A DNA stretch of 64,000 nucleotides from IMG/VR virus record IMGVR_UViG_3300045988_010351. One strand, given 5' to 3'. The stretch is from a virus. Below are positions 63,405 through 64,000 of this stretch, piece by piece. Both the position numbers and the translations under genes were made by a program. The notes beneath the pieces are model-generated. The model saw only the letters and a list, made by a program, of their open reading frames with translations. It did no database searches and had not been told where the DNA came from. The stretch's first letter is position 1. The number at the start of each line of letters is the position of its first letter.

Positions 63405-63995
63405 TCAGCCCTGTAGAATTGCAGGGATTAGTGACATAGTTCTTGTTGGGTCAAGAACACAGATACCAAGAGTAGACATTCTGTGAATTACAGCAGAATC
63501 CTCATCAAATGACATGTAAGGATTACCCTTTTGACCTGTGAATGGGTTTCTTAGACCCCATTGATAACCTCTGTATTCATTATCACCCTTAATCTTACAC
63601 TTAAAGATATTAGGTTGGTCCATAGTACCAATGTACATAATATCATATCTGTAAGAGAATGCAACACCTCCATTTGGATGGAGAATCTTGTTTCTTACTG
63701 GGTCATCATAGAATGGGTCTACATCAATCTTAACTCTAACACCATTAGGAGCCTTGTACTCAACAAATTGGAAACCAGCACTCAATGAGTTTTGGTGCAA
63801 CTTAGATTGAGTCTTTTGAATAACACCAATAGAGCTGTTATCAAGAACAAACTGTGTCCAACCTGATACTGTCTTTAGTACTTCCTTATGGAATTGGATA
63901 GCACCTCTTTCACCAGTCTTAATCAAGAAGTATCTGTCTCCAAAGTCCAACTTAGAAGCAGAAAGCTCATATAGAGCATCTTCAAGAAGCTTCAA
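63405..63995 (-). CDS. hypothetical structural-module protein (196 aa)
   Basis: ORF at the window edge, followed by a strong terminator. Possibly a highly expressed small virion component. Confidence 0.45.
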   Translation of the reverse strand: MKLLEDALYELSASKLDFGDRYFLIKTGERGAIQFHKEVLKTVSGWTQFVLDNSSIGVIQKTQSKLHQNSLSAGFQFVEYKAPNGVRVKIDVDPFYDDPVRNKILHPNGGVAFSYRYDIMYIGTMDQPNIFKCKIKGDNEYRGYQWGLRNPFTGQKGNPYMSFDEDSAVIHRMSTLGICVLDPTRTMSLIPAILQG

Positions 63996-64000
63996 ACTAA

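Noticed and set aside
1-64000. CRISPR arrays, tRNA genes, reverse transcriptase/DGR cassette, integrase/attachment site
   Set aside because: There are no regularly spaced direct repeats and no intergenic segment with tRNA-like cloverleaf potential; intergenic spaces are short and occupied by terminators/promoters. No YxDD reverse-transcriptase motif, and no tyrosine- or serine-recombinase signatures in any ORF.

Overview
This 64 kb window is a contiguous piece of a large, AT-rich dsDNA phage genome. The gene content and layout are most consistent with a crAss-like (Crassvirales-type) podovirus of an anaerobic Bacteroidetes host; that assignment is inference from gene content and signals, not a database hit.

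Layout:
- (1) The + strand, 1-24.1 kb, carries a replication and nucleotide-metabolism module: DnaB-like SF4 helicase, a RecA-like AAA_24/Sak4-like ATPase, a possible SSB, TOPRIM primase, family-A DNA polymerase with 3'-5' exonuclease, anaerobic RNR NrdD/NrdG, dUTPase, ThyX, family-1 UDG, a PD-(D/E)xK exonuclease and a T7 endonuclease I-like resolvase.
- Embedded in that module are unusual accessory genes: a JAB/MPN+ metalloprotease immediately followed by an E1-like (ThiF/MoeB) adenylyltransferase; a membrane-anchored retropepsin-like (DTG) protein; a T4-type polynucleotide kinase/phosphatase split into two ORFs in inverted domain order; a HicA-like mRNA-interferase toxin with no recognisable HicB; and a DUF3310-like protein.
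- (2) After an intrinsic terminator and a Bacteroidetes-type promoter, two giant + strand ORFs follow (2790 aa and about 1351 aa). The first carries a DFDVD motif like the catalytic aspartate motif of crAss-like virion-packaged RNA polymerases.
- (3) Converging on these is a - strand structural / ejected-protein module, 36.9-64 kb: a 2634 aa protein with a RecB-like nuclease motif set and a C-terminal HExxH; a Gly-rich 764 aa protein; a 1565 aa protein; an 852 aa protein with a P22/T4-type lysozyme-like C-terminal region; a putative major capsid protein followed by a strong terminator; and a tandem pair of paralogous structural genes.

Regulatory signals seen directly in the sequence:
- a family of intrinsic terminators whose stems are built on (A)AGGGAGG / CCTCCCT;
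- three promoters with perfect TAnnTTTG -7 boxes (the Bacteroidetes sigma-A consensus) and xTTG -33 elements 19-20 nt upstream;
- almost no Shine-Dalgarno sequences;
- A9 tracts 2-8 nt upstream of five start codons.

No tRNA, CRISPR array, reverse transcriptase/DGR or integrase was detected. Functional calls rest on motifs I could read in the translated ORFs; I could not run searches.
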